A DNA stretch of 63,926 nucleotides, the filler included, from Intoshia linei (taxonomy: Eukaryota > Animalia > Orthonectida): NCBI GenBank assembly GCA_001642005.1. It is 4 parts of 4 records of this genome, joined end to end, with 100 filler letters (N's around TTAATTAATTAA, not from the genome) between each part and the next. Parts side by side here need not be neighbours in the genome. Positions count along the whole stretch, not along the records: positions 1 to 26,261 come from LWCA01000478.1; 3 more parts are not named here. One strand, written 5' to 3'. How positions within the stretch are numbered: the stretch's first letter is position 1; each line of letters begins with the position of its first letter. The notes beneath the pieces were generated by a model. That model made no database searches. It was not told where the DNA came from and saw nothing but the letters and a program-made list of their open reading frames with translations. This document shows positions 13,701 through 25,797 of the stretch, piece by piece. Made by a program: the position numbers and the translations under genes.

Positions 13701-16103
13701 GCAAATTTATTGGGTTATTTTTTATACGGTTGATATCAGGTTGATTTTGACCATTGACGGATTTTGCAAAGTATAAAAATTTACATTTTATTGTTTGAGG
13801 TGAATTTTTAGAGTATACAGTTTAGGATTTTCTTTTTTGATTACTTTTTGGGACATTAACCAAAAATTTTGGTAGAATCTTCCCTGATGTGTATGTATAC
13901 TATACTTATATATTAATTTTTTTTAATTTAATTATAGACAATTTTGACACCAAAAATGCCATGTTCCAGTTGAAATTTATCATATGTCGATTTAATTGTT
14001 ATGAAGCATATTATGAAAAAATTGGAAAGTTATCATTTTATCCTCTGGTTCAAAAAATGGCTCAATATGTTTATAAAATTATAAACATTTTTGGTTTGAT
14101 AAGAGATGATGATGATTTGTCTCTTGTTCAAAACAATAATGTAAAGATTACGGAGGAATCAACGGTAATTTTTGTAGGTTATGTTTTTACTTTTTTAGAA
14201 TTTGAAGGATGCTATTTATGCATTTTGTAATTTTAGAAAATTTGTTAGGGAACATGCTATAAAAGTGTCTGGTATGATTAATTTATTATATTAGATCATT
14301 ATTTTAAAAATAATATTTTTAGAACCAACGATAAAAAATACATTTCTGTCTGAATGTGACCTTCTCAGAGACTCAGTATTGCCGAAATATGGACTTAAAT
14401 TAAGTGATAAACTTAGTAAGTTGTTTTTAATTTTAAATAACCATAGTGATATTATAGGTAGACTTAGGTTCTAAAGTCTTAAAATCTATAGGTTTATTTA
14501 GAATTCAGGTTAAGTTAATTACTATTGTATTTATATTGGATTGCATGTTATTGAATTTTCAATACCAATGCGTTGGTATTGTTTTAACTTAAATTAACTG
14601 TTAAGTTAAGTTAACCCGTCCATACCAACCTTTATTTTTTAAGTTATCGAAACTACATTATTTTAGAGGTGTAACAGTAATATGCATTGTGTCGTATTCA
14701 GACCGCTATTTGTTATTATACTGATTCTACCGTGGTGTTTAGTTGATGACACTAGGTGCCCGATTTATATATCATGAAGAATTGTCAAATTTTAATATTT
14801 TCATAAAAAGTGAGTTTTAGTTTTTTTTTTATGAAGCCAAACTTTATAACAATGTTTATACATTTTTTAGATGAAACATGTGTTCGATTTATTGATCCTG
14901 AACATGTGAAAGAGGTAATATATTTTAATTTTTTCTTATTATAAATTTTTAATAGAATATTTAGACAGTAAAACTTATTTCAATTTCTACCGAGCAAAAA
15001 CGTAATTTAGAGGTATATATTTATTATTAGAGTGAATGACATTTTGTTAGTTTCATTACAAACCTTGGAAGACAGGATTAGCATTCAATTAGATTTTGAT
15101 TCATTTCTTATTTATTAATTATAATATTTATGTATTTATGTTAATGTTAAAGTTAATGCTTCATTCATTATTTAACAATACCTAATCCACGTTAATTATT
15201 TGTATACTCATTTTCATATTTAAATTTTTTGTAAAACAAATACATTTTGTACATTTGTATTGTAAAAAATGTAATAAAATCATAACAATAAATTTATTAG
15301 TATTTTATTTTATAGGGCATTATTGATGCTACAAGTCTTTTGATGATATGTTTCTCATTACAATAATCAATGATTTCTAACTTTTATTAAAAACTGAGAG
15401 TTAATTATTGTCGTGTCGTTAAATATTACACAAGGCATGAGAACAAAATTTTTGGATAAAATCATTTTCTCAATATATATCTTTATCAGTTTCGTACCCT
15501 TTCCTTTCACCATGTTGAGTATTATTTATTTATCTGAAACGTGACAAGATTTAAGATTTAATTTAAGATTCAAATTTAAATTATTATTCATTATAAATTT
15601 AATTTACGCCTTATATCTTTTCAGTCGATTTTGATGAATTAATTTAACTAGCATTGTTGCACGCCCATGTGACACTTTTTACGATTACATTTAAATTTCT
15701 TTGTGATGTTTCATACTGTCAAATTAAGAAAAATTTTGTATTTACTGATAATATTGATGTAACACACTTGTAATCCTTGTGAATTGGTATTTTTCAAAAT
15801 ATAAAATATTCCTATATTAATTAATAATTCACTTAAATGAAACAATATTTTTAGAAAGAACGTGCTTTGAAGCGCCAAATTGATCCTTCCGTCATGTTTA
15901 TAAACGAGAAAGATAGTAGTGGTAAACCTAAATACATACAATTTAATGAACTGGTAATAACTCATTTAATAATGTTGAAAATGTAAATTTAGGGCATCCC
16001 AACATTTGACTCTAATAATGAACCATTATCTAAAAGTCAATTAAAAAAATTAGGAAAAATTTATGAAGCTCAAAAGAAAAAATTTAATTCAAAGATAAAA
16101 TAA
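7730..16103 (+). CDS. CARS1: Cytoplasmic cysteinyl-tRNA synthetase (first exon not identified)
   Basis: Exons include 7730-7818 ([22 protein letters not shown]-type motif), 9945-10041 (MNITDIDDK), 11038-11136, ~11512-11640, ~11705-11848, ~11888-11976, ~12410-12526, ~12611-12717 (DFALWK...WDSPWG), ~12810-12938 ([10 protein letters not shown]...[10 protein letters not shown]), ~13252-13482 (KMSKSLKN). Further short exons follow, ending ~15993-16103 ([20 protein letters not shown]...*). Confidence 0.97.
8836..9074. mobile_element. hAT MITE (Buster-type)
   Basis: TIRs CAGTGCTTTCCAAC / GTTGGAAAGCACTG; TSD CACTTCAA/CACTACAA; internal GTGTGTCG repeats. Confidence 0.85.
12198..12269 (-). tRNA. tRNA-His (GUG), antisense within a CysRS intron
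   Basis: Minus strand GCGGTTGTCGTATAGTGGTTAGTACGTCACGTTGTGGCCGTGACAACCCCGGTTCGAATCCGGGCAACCGCA. It has a 7-bp acceptor stem, anticodon arm TCACG/CGTGA with GTG, a TTCGAAT T-loop and A73, and is followed immediately by a T7 Pol III terminator. Confidence 0.96.
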
Positions 16104-17059
16104 ATATTTAAATTTGCAAATTTCATAAATGTATATCACTATTTGCATATTGGTCTAATGGTTAAATTATTAATAGACTTACATCATGTCAACTAACCCC
16201 AAATCATGACTGAACTACGCTTAAATGCTTTTTTTCAAATTCACAATATAAGCATATTACTTGAGCCCAAACTAACCAGCGCTCATACAAAAACATTTTA
16301 GATATAGAGCTGAATCTACCCAGCTCGAGACCACCTGCAAATGAAAAATGCCAATAAAATTTAAAAAAACGATGTGTAGTGTCATATACAATAATATAAT
16401 CAACGTATGTATAACCTAATATAATTTATAAGGATCTTGACTTGATATTTTAAATTTAAAACAACATTTATGATATTCAAGAACACAATTTTTTTAAAGC
16501 TCAATTTGGAATAATGATGTGTCCAGTAAAAAAATATCATTGAGGCACCGAAGAGGTCTGTACACGGTATGTTCGTCACTATCTAGACTAGTGGTTCCCA
16601 AAAATATATTGTCGACCCCTTAATAGTATACAAATATTTTTAGAAAAGATCAATTAATACAAAATAGTGAGTATGTTTATTAGGTTATAACAGCAATTAA
16701 AAAAATTTTATCTTAAAATTACTGGTTTTTTTACAATGAAATTTTTATTTTGTTTTAAAAAAGTCGTTAAGAATCGGAATGGTAAAAATAGTAAAATTTT
16801 GGCGATTCAAATTCTTTGAAATCGACGTGTCACCAGTTTTGTTATGTCGATTCTGTCACAAAATATGTTACAAAAAAAGTGTATACAACCATTATTCTTT
16901 TCATCGTTTAAAACGAGTTAAGATTAAATAGAATTAGAAAATGATGTGGAATAGAATATGAGTCACTAAATTTTAATGTTTGGTGTTAAATAATAGAAAA
17001 AATTTTCAAAATTATTTGACAGACAGATGTACTGAATCGTTAATTTTACACCTCTAACA

Positions 17060-18070
17060 CAGTGATTTTTAACCTGAGCAAAAATATTTTTATCGCATCA
17101 GTTGGGATTCTAATATAACATCAGATTATAACCGTTCAATGAGTTTAGCTGGAACAGTGGTTATAGTCACATGATTATTTTGTAGAAAGAGTTTGTATTC
17201 ATCTTTGGAATTTTTTTATTTAGGTGAACTCGTTAGAATTAAACATTACATGCAATTTTAATTAACAATCTAATTATATTTATAACACAGAAATACCAGA
17301 GTATGCAATAAATCCATTCAATGTTGATTTAATTCCATCGAATTTAGTAGAAGAATTGATTGACTTACAAAATGACATTGAGGCACAATTCATTTTTAAA
17401 CAAAAGGGTTACTCTACCTTATTTTTCAAAAAAAATGCATATCCAAATCTTTGGAACGAATTGAAATTGTTACTATTGGCCTTTCCATCTACTTACCTTG
17501 TTGAAAAAGGTTTTAGCGTAGTAACTGATCTTCAATCCAAAAAGAGGAACAAATTACATTTATCAAAACGGGGTGACTTAAGATTATGCTTAACAAATAT
17601 CGCTCCTTAATAAATAGCCATTAAATAAATTTGTCATTAATAATAATCATTAATAAATAAGCATAAATTTTATCTTTTCTTTGTAAAGCTTAAACATTTA
17701 TAATGTCATGATTCCATTTAATATTTCTTATTTTAAATTTGTTACATTTATTCATTATAATATATTTTTCTTTTTTTTAAATACTCAGTTTTTATCGTAT
17801 TTTTTGTATATATTATTTTTATGATCCATCAAATTAAAAAAATAATCTCAAATTTCATCTGCATATTTCTTAAGATATCAAAAAAACAATTATTAATTGC
17901 TTTTTTATTTTATTCCGTATCAACTCTACCGTTAAAAAAAATTGCTGCATAACATGCACTATACATTTATAAACTTTGTAAATTAAAAAAATATCGATTG
18001 TTTTTATGGGGCGATAATTTTATTTTTGTTAAAAAATGGGCGATTCTCCAAAAAAGGTTAAGAACCACTG
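17060..18070 (+). mobile_element. hAT (Buster/Charlie-type) deleted element with a transposase C-terminal remnant
   Basis: TIRs CAGTGATTTTTAACCT / AGGTTAAGAACCACTG; perfect 8-bp TSD CTCTAACA. ORF 17356-17610 contains LLLAFPSTYLVEKGFS...RGDLRLCLT. Confidence 0.92.
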
Positions 18071-18648
18071 CTCTAACATTTTGATTATTATTAAAAGTAG
18101 AAGGCGTGAAAGTACGACACTATATATAAGTATGTGAGTAAGTAACACAGTATAAATAATAGAGTGAATTATATACAATATTATAGAAATTTTTTAGAAG
18201 CGTGGCGCGACATTTTTTTAGTCCTGCAGTGTTACACTCATAAAATAATTTGGAGAACACTGATATAAGACCTACGATAAAAAACATATCACGATATTTA
18301 TTAATTTATATTTATAAAAACAAAATTACATATAACTATTTTATAAATGTTATTATTATTAAATACTAACATTAATCATATTTATATGACTTATTGAATG
18401 TTCTTTTAGCTGAAGCATTTTTACCAATTAATAAATTTCTAAATTTTATAAATAAATTTAAATATCTTTTCGATGGACCTCATATACAATATGTATCATG
18501 ATTCATGAATACCCAATTTCCATAATACCTAAATTGTGCATATTTTTATGAAGATACTCAAAGATATTTTGGAACAATGGTAAATATTCGTCATAATTAA
18601 CCACACTACTAAAAAAGTTTGAAAAAAAATTTCATAAAAACCAAAATA

Positions 18649-20128
18649 CACTTCACGACAAAACCTTAGAGCACCTGTATTATATTGAAATATAAGGAAA
18701 ACTAAAATAAATTATAATCTAATTTTTTGAATACTAAAACCATATGGTATATCAGTTATTGCCCCGAATTTTAAATTGTGTAATTATGTATACTTTTTTT
18801 ATAATTTGAAAATAAAAAAAAGTGCTCTAACGCTTTCTAATTTACAGCAAAAATAGGTACAATAATTTATTTAAAACATAATTTTATAACTTTAATAATG
18901 AGTTCTTCCACCTTTATTTGTAATACCTTCAAAAATTCTAGAAGGCATACTTGCAATTAAGGTGTTAACCTTGGGTTGGTCAATGGAATTCCAAGATCTC
19001 TCTATGGCTGATCTCAGATCTTTTAAACATTTATATTGTTTTCCATCTTTATATACAATCCCAGTCATCATTCCCCATATATTTTCACGATTTAACCATT
19101 CTTTAGTTTTTTTAGACACGTGTATAGGTGCATTGTCTTGTTGGAATATTTTAAAATTCGTTTTGCAAGAAAGTAAAAATTCATTTAGTATTGTTATATA
19201 TTTTTCAGAGTTTAATTTTTCGTTTGTAAAACATAATTTAGTTTTAAATTTTTTTCCAAATCCTCCCCAAACCATCACTGTTTCCTCCACATTATCGTTT
19301 TAATTTAAATAATTGCTCTTTTCTAATATCGTGACAATAGTAGCAATAACCATCTGGTCTGTCCAGGTTAAAACGTTTTTCATCGGAAAAACATATTTGA
19401 TTCCAATTAATGGACATATTAGTACGAGCAAAAAGTACCGTTTTTTCTATGTGGAGTTTTGTAAGGTTTGAGCATTTTATCATGACTCTTCGTTGAATGT
19501 TCGGTGAGAAACATAATTCCCGTTTTATCGTCCGAGTGGAAACGTCATTAAAAGAACATTTTGATTTTATTGAACTAGCACTAAGACAAGAATTAGACGC
19601 TTCTCGCAATAAAAGTTGTCTATCAGATGGATTTAATGTCTTTGGGCGTCCAATTTTATTATTTAATTTTTTTGACGAACAATTATTGGGATACGTTTGT
19701 ATGCACTTCCTACTTCTTGCTAATGTTATTGCAATTTTCGACTAACTATGCTCTTCCTTTATCATATAATCAATAATTCCCTTTACCCGTTCATTTAAAT
19801 ATTTTCCTTTAGACATCTTTATCAAAAATTGTGTATTCTATATGTATTTATTAATTAGATATATTTTGAAATTAAAAAATTTAGCTTTAGTGCTAATTAA
19901 TACCTAAAATATAATCTCTTAGAGCACTTTTGTCGCGTGATCGATAATGAAAATAAATATTTTGGGGTAATTAGCGATGAATAATTGCAATAAATTATAT
20001 TTATACACTTTGATATGTCATAGATCAGTGACATTTTCTAAATTTATTAAATTTGATTTTAATTTTTATCCAGAAAATGGTTTTAATAGCATTTTTATAG
20101 GGTGCTCTAACGTTTTGTCGGGGGGGTG
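18649..20128 (-). mobile_element. Tc1/mariner (Tc3-like) full-length element with IR/DR-type ends
   Basis: TA-flanked TIRs CACTTCACGACAAAACCTTAGAGCACC / GGTGCTCTAACGTTTTGTCGGGGGGGTG. Inner copies of the TTAGAGCAC core occur near 18822 and 19919. Confidence 0.9.
18892..19816 (-). pseudogene. Tc3-like DDE transposase pseudogene
   Basis: ATG at 19816 (MSKGKYLNE...), an in-frame TAG, and a frameshift near 19291. Motifs FSDEKRFNLD, VMVWGGF and FQQDNAPIH are present; the WP..SPDLNPIE segment is deleted. Confidence 0.9.
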
Positions 20129-20711
20129 TAAATGAGTTATGATATAATTTAAAAAAACATGACAACACATAAAAAGGTCAATATCCATAGAAACCACCAA
20201 AACCGATAGTATATAAAATAAAGTTATTATTAATTTTAATCTATTTACTTTTAAATTAATTTAAATATTACATTTAGCAACTAAATTTTAGCTGATAGTA
20301 AATATCAGTTTCGCATCGAGATTTTTTTCGGGGACTCGACGAAATTTTTACAATATCGGAGTGTCATTTTTAACATATACAACACTTTTTTTTTAAATTT
20401 AAAATTTCACGTCTAGACTCTTTAAAAGGTGGGCTGAGTTATACACATTAATTGTCTAAATGACGCAAACAATTTTTTTCGTTTATATCAAGACCCAGAA
20501 ATTATTAAAACCCTAACGGTTCACGACATCTAATTGATAATGTTGACAAAATGGTTACAATTAATTTGTGTCACTTTAAGCTTTTAGTCACTTATATGCT
20601 AAGTACGGACTTGATAATATAAACTTGTTGATGTTTAAAATTAAATTCAAACAAGTATCAATTAACTAAATTAATGTACCACTAGCTTTATACTAGCATT
20701 TAAATAATTAC

Positions 20712-23700
20712 TCGATTATAGTTTGGTCATAATCGCCTATTGAAATTGAATATTTAGCGTATTCGTTTCGAACTTTAATTAAATGTTGTGGGCTGTAAAT
20801 TCGGGCAAAATAAGTAGCAAGTCTAAATTACGAAGATTAATTAATATATACATGTATATAATGTATATATCAGTGGTTTTCAACCTTTTTGTGTTCGCGA
20901 CCCCTTATAAAAATAAAAAATTTTTGCGACCCAAAAATTTTTTATATACTCCAAACATCTTATCAATTCACATAAATGAATAAATTAAAAAGCATATTCA
21001 ATTTTATTTATAGTTTATACTGTATTCAAATTCTTACGACCCCCTAATAAATTTCGCGAACCCCTAACGGTCGCGACGCCTCGGTTAAAAACCACTAATA
21101 TATATTATTATTACATTATTACAAGTTAATATAAATAATTTATAGGAATTATACAATGTATAAATAATATATACATATTTTATATATATTATAAATATGT
21201 ATAATATACATATTACGTATATTGGGTATAAATTACTTAAAATAATGCTTTGAAATTAAAACTTCCACAATCATTTCCAATTCACCTAAACACGCCAATT
21301 GCATGATAACTTCTAATAAATCATGTGGTTCATTGTCCAAATAGTCTTGAATCCAATTAAATCTCACATTATAGTCAACTAAAATATAAAAATTTTAAAA
21401 CAATAGTATAATTATACATTAATATAAACATGTAGCTTTATATTAACAAACAAAATAATAAAAATATTAATTTACACACGGTAAAATTGTAATTACAATA
21501 TTGGAGTAATGGAATATACAATGGTTTAGCATAGTGGCAATTTATTGACGCATCTAATAAAATATACAATTCTTCCAATCTATTATTTTTATCAAATAAA
21601 TGAGTCAAAATTTCTTCATCGATTTTTGACATGTAAAGTTTTTGAGAAACTAAATACTAGAAAATAAATTTAAAATGAACTATAATATTGAATTCACGCA
21701 GGAATCCTAACTTATATAAAATGCGACGCGATTATTGTTTGTGTGTCTGTGTGTGTGTTCAGCTTAATTAAAATAACTACGCGTCTTAGAATTTTTTAAA
21801 GACCACATTTCAATTACAGTTTTTTCCGGGACGTATAATAAGATATATTTCAACCTCCTAATTTTACATCTTAAAGGTCAAAAACCCCTGTTGTTCCTCT
21901 TTTTGAAAATCAAACGAGTTGGGGAATTTAAAAAAATATATACGCTGATGCGGATTTTAAAATCATAAACATTACCATATTTTTAAATTTAAAAAAATTA
22001 TATCTTCATGGCCAAAACCCCAAATTTTCTTCCTTTTTTTTTGAAAACAGACCTAGAATTTCAAAAAATTTACAAGTGGTAGAGTTGTATCATTATAACA
22101 TACATAAAAAATTTCAATCCGAATAAGTGACGACTTCACGGTCAAAAGAGCATTTTAATATTCATATATTTTTTTCCGAAATATTTTATTAAAACAAAAA
22201 ATATGAAATAATTAACGGTCCGAAAATTTAAAAAAAGTATTATTTTGATCGAGCTTATTCCAGTTGATATAAATACAAAATTTCAACTCCTGAAATCTAC
22301 GCATTCCCGGTGAAAAATAATTTTTAATATATAATCAATTAATATTTTTCAAATATTTCAATTAAAATCAAAAATTGAAAATGTAAATATTGATCTACAA
22401 TTTTAAAAATAAAGTGCGATTATACGTCTACACATTTCCAATTAAGACATATGGATGAAAATCTATATAATTCATTCCTTCGGAATTTTTTTCATTGCTA
22501 CGCAATTTTTAAATTTCAAATTTTTATTTTCAAAACATTTTTTATAATCTTCAAATTTTAACACTACAGCAACGAATTTATAAAATTAAATTTATATTAA
22601 CTGAAACGTTATTTTTTTTATTGATAATTGTTACAAATTTAACATAAAATGGTAAAAAGAAAACTAACATTCACAAGACAAAAGGCCAAAAGTATGGACA
22701 CATTTTTAACATCAATTATTTTTATATTACAATCCTTTGCAATAATGGTAAAATTCGATGAAATATTTATACACAATTGGTATTTTTAAGTATTTATTAA
22801 ATTGATACTAAATATGTCATTACATTGAAAATGACAAAATATATTTTTATAATTTTATTTTTTCTGGAATTTATGCTATTTATGACAATTTTTAGGATTG
22901 GACTGTTTTTACTTTATTTTTAATATTATACAAACATTCTGTCTAATAAATTAAAAAAGTGGGATAAAAATTGTTTTTAAATTCTTTACGCAAATGTTAA
23001 CAAAAAAAGGATTGATAATATTAATAGTAGAATTTTTAAGTTAGATTTTCAACGTGAATTTATTTTTTTGGTATACTAAAAGAGTGCCCTCGGTAGAGCT
23101 AGGTGCTGTTTGTACGTAGTACAAAACTACTAAACTAGTTATAATATATCAGTCTTCAATTTAATGTAAACTTGGTGCAACATAATTCAAACATTTAAAA
23201 TTATGTAATTCGCTATTGAATGTACCATAATTATTATAATAGGTTTTCTACTTTTGCATCGCGATGCATCGCTTTACATTTGTATTAATTATAATAAATA
23301 AAATATTTTCAGTTAATGTTATCTAATATATATCATGTTTACAAAGAATATCATACATTCTATATTGTGTATTTGTGTTTTGGATTCTTCTTCGTCTTTA
23401 TCAAAATTTGAAATCAATTCATCTAAAAACTTAAACTACACTTATAATCGAATTTAGTCATGCATCAATTTTATAAATTAAATTTAATAAATAAATTACC
23501 GAAATTTTGAAAATATTTAATTTTATTTTTGAAAAAAGACTTTGATGGTACTGTTGGATCATCTAGCATTTTTAATTTATATTGAAAATATGGTTATAAA
23601 TACCTTTATTTATCATATATACTTTTGGTTTATCAATGAGTTTAAAATAATCAATATTAAATGATTTAATACCAAACTAAATTGTTCTATAAATTAAAAA

Positions 23701-25693
23701 ATATAACAAATTAACGTACAATGTTTAAACTTTAAATACTGTGTCAAATACTTATATAATATAAATTTTTCAAATATTATAAAATGATTACACCGCTATA
23801 TCAATCAAAGCTTTTTATTTTCACCAGAAACAAATAATATAAGCCGTTACACGTTTAATAGTGTAATAATTAATGTGTTATTATTAGTGTAATTATTATT
23901 AATAAATAATATTAATAATAAATTCATATTAAAATAATGTTATAATATGTTATTATTAATAATAAATTAATGTATTAATATTTTATTATTAATAATATAT
24001 TAATATTAAAATAATGTATTAATATGTTACTATTAATAATCAATTATAATTAAAATAATGTGCTAATATGTTATTATTAATAACATATATGTATAATTTA
24101 TAGTACTATAGTAGTTTTGTTATAATACACTATTGTACATTAGGGTGTCACACGTATTCAAGAATACTGTGCGTTTAGTAAGTACCGAACCTACTATATC
24201 CTCAGACCCCTCTTCGGAGGGCCTCGCCGAAATTTTTGAAAAATGGAGGCGTCATTTTATCAAATTGAGCATTGAAACCTATTTTGTGTTAAATTTAATA
24301 TATATAATCAAAATCCTTAGAGAGGTCTTAGGGCTTTATGACACTATGCATAGTTTGTGAAAAAACCTCACATAGCAGTGATAATTATCAATACTAATTA
24401 ATTTAACTGACACCTTTTGTTGAAGAAATTGTAAAATATGTGTTGAAAAATATAATTTTATGGAATTTAAGTCAATAATAGTTAAAATCATTTTAATTAT
24501 TCATAAATCGCAATTGATTTTTTTCATCAACCACTTAATATAATAGATATAAAGAATTTACTAAAATATACATTTTTATGAAGAATTAATATAATTTTTG
24601 GATCATTACTCCAGGTGCAGTAGTTTATCGTCAATTCCTTTGGCGTTCCATATGTATTTAACGGTATATCATGTAAGTGTACTCTTTTCATGACATCCCA
24701 AATCTAAGCTATATATTATACATGTATGATCATTGATCAATGATCATCCAATAAAAATTATAATAAAATAACCTTTACGACAACTTTACAGGAACTGGCA
24801 AGTAAATGTCTGTATTTTTTATTCCATGTAACAGACAATACCTGTGAAGGGTGACTCTTAAGTCGTTTTATACGGGTATTAAGAGGATCTGAATCAAAAA
24901 TGCAAACTTGAAAAGTGAAACCACAAGCTGCAATATGATTCGACAATAAAGAGTCTTTTAAATCATTATAATCAATATTTCTAATATATTTATCCTCATT
25001 GATATTAAAAATTGAATCAATAATATAAGATTTGACAATGCAGACATGTTTGATCCATTCCAATGCAAAATAATGATTAACCTTGTATTGTCTATTTAAT
25101 ATTTTATAATCTAAATGTCTGTATATATCTACACTGGCATCAGAATTTCCTATAAAATAAAGTATGGGACAATCCTTAGTCCAATTTATAGACGATCTAA
25201 CAGATTGGTGGTTTTCATTGCCAGTATACGACAGTTCTTGGATTTTATATAGATCTGTATTTAAATCTCCAAACTGAAATTCATATATGAATGTGTTTAC
25301 GCAGTATAGAGACAAATCTGTAGAAGATCGATAAAAATGGTTTCCTGCATATTTAGGTTTAATAATGTATGGCGCCCAACATATCCTTTGAAATTTGTAA
25401 TATGAATGACTTGTATATAATATTTTACTCATGGCCATATTATAAATTAAAATAATGTGATCTTTTTGTTTATAAGCCAGTAACGCCAATACATTTTTTT
25501 TGAATGGATGCGGTGCAATTCTGTATATTAGCAATTTGTCAAATTTCATTGTATGGAAAATATTAAATGTATAATCCGGCATTACTTTTAGACATTTTAA
25601 TTTGAAATCTAAATATACATTGTAGATTGTACAAATGATTATATCGTAGAGCCCTGCATACATACTTGACGACAATACCATGTTTAAGGCTAC
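20712..25693 (-). CDS. Divergent WD40-repeat protein, Gemin5/rigor mortis-like (partial)
   Basis: The large exon ~24770-25609 has WD-like repeats (INWTKDCPILYFIGNSDASVDIY; LKSHPSQVLSVTWNKKYRHLLASSC, then IWD in the next exon). Downstream exons at ~24562-24706, ~23290-23690, ~21440-21650, ~21237-21378 and 20712-20822 give VEVLISKHYFKLATYFARIYS...YAKYSISIGDY, resembling the Gemin5 TPR-like module. The assignment rests on remembered motif similarity, not a search. Confidence 0.55.
20871..21097. mobile_element. hAT MITE
   Basis: TIRs CAGTGGTTTTCAACC / GGTTAAAAACCACTA; TSD GTATATAT/ATATATAT; repeated CGCGACCCC subterminal motifs. Confidence 0.85.
21705..23138 (+). mobile_element. Full-length non-autonomous Helitron (~1.43 kb; reference copy)
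   Basis: Inserted between A and T with no TSD. 5' TC (TCCTAACTTATATAA...), a (GT)n tract near the 5' end, a 3' hairpin TTTGTAC-GTA-GTACAAA about 10 nt before the terminal CTAG. Many related copies occur in the window. Confidence 0.88.
23870..24100. repeat. AT-only low-complexity/minisatellite tract
   Basis: Repeated units of ATTAAAATAATGT...AATATGTTATTATTAATAAT. Confidence 0.7.
24141..24417. mobile_element. Non-autonomous hATm-like element
   Basis: Starts TAGGGTGTCACACGTATT, the same as the 46080 element end, and ends in degenerate TGACACCTT. Its internal module recurs at several other loci. Confidence 0.6.
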
Positions 25694-25797
25694 CTAAAAT
25701 TAAAAATAGGCCCCTAGTAACATTTTAATATTTATTGCAAATGATGAGTAATCTCATATAGCTTCACACTTTTACGTCTTTTTATATCTTTCTCCCA

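Noticed and set aside
16150-16335. Possible terminal exon of the Gemin5-like gene (GLELGRFSSISKMFLYERW...)
   Set aside because: It has an acceptor-like site, but I could not link it in phase to upstream exons or recognise homology.
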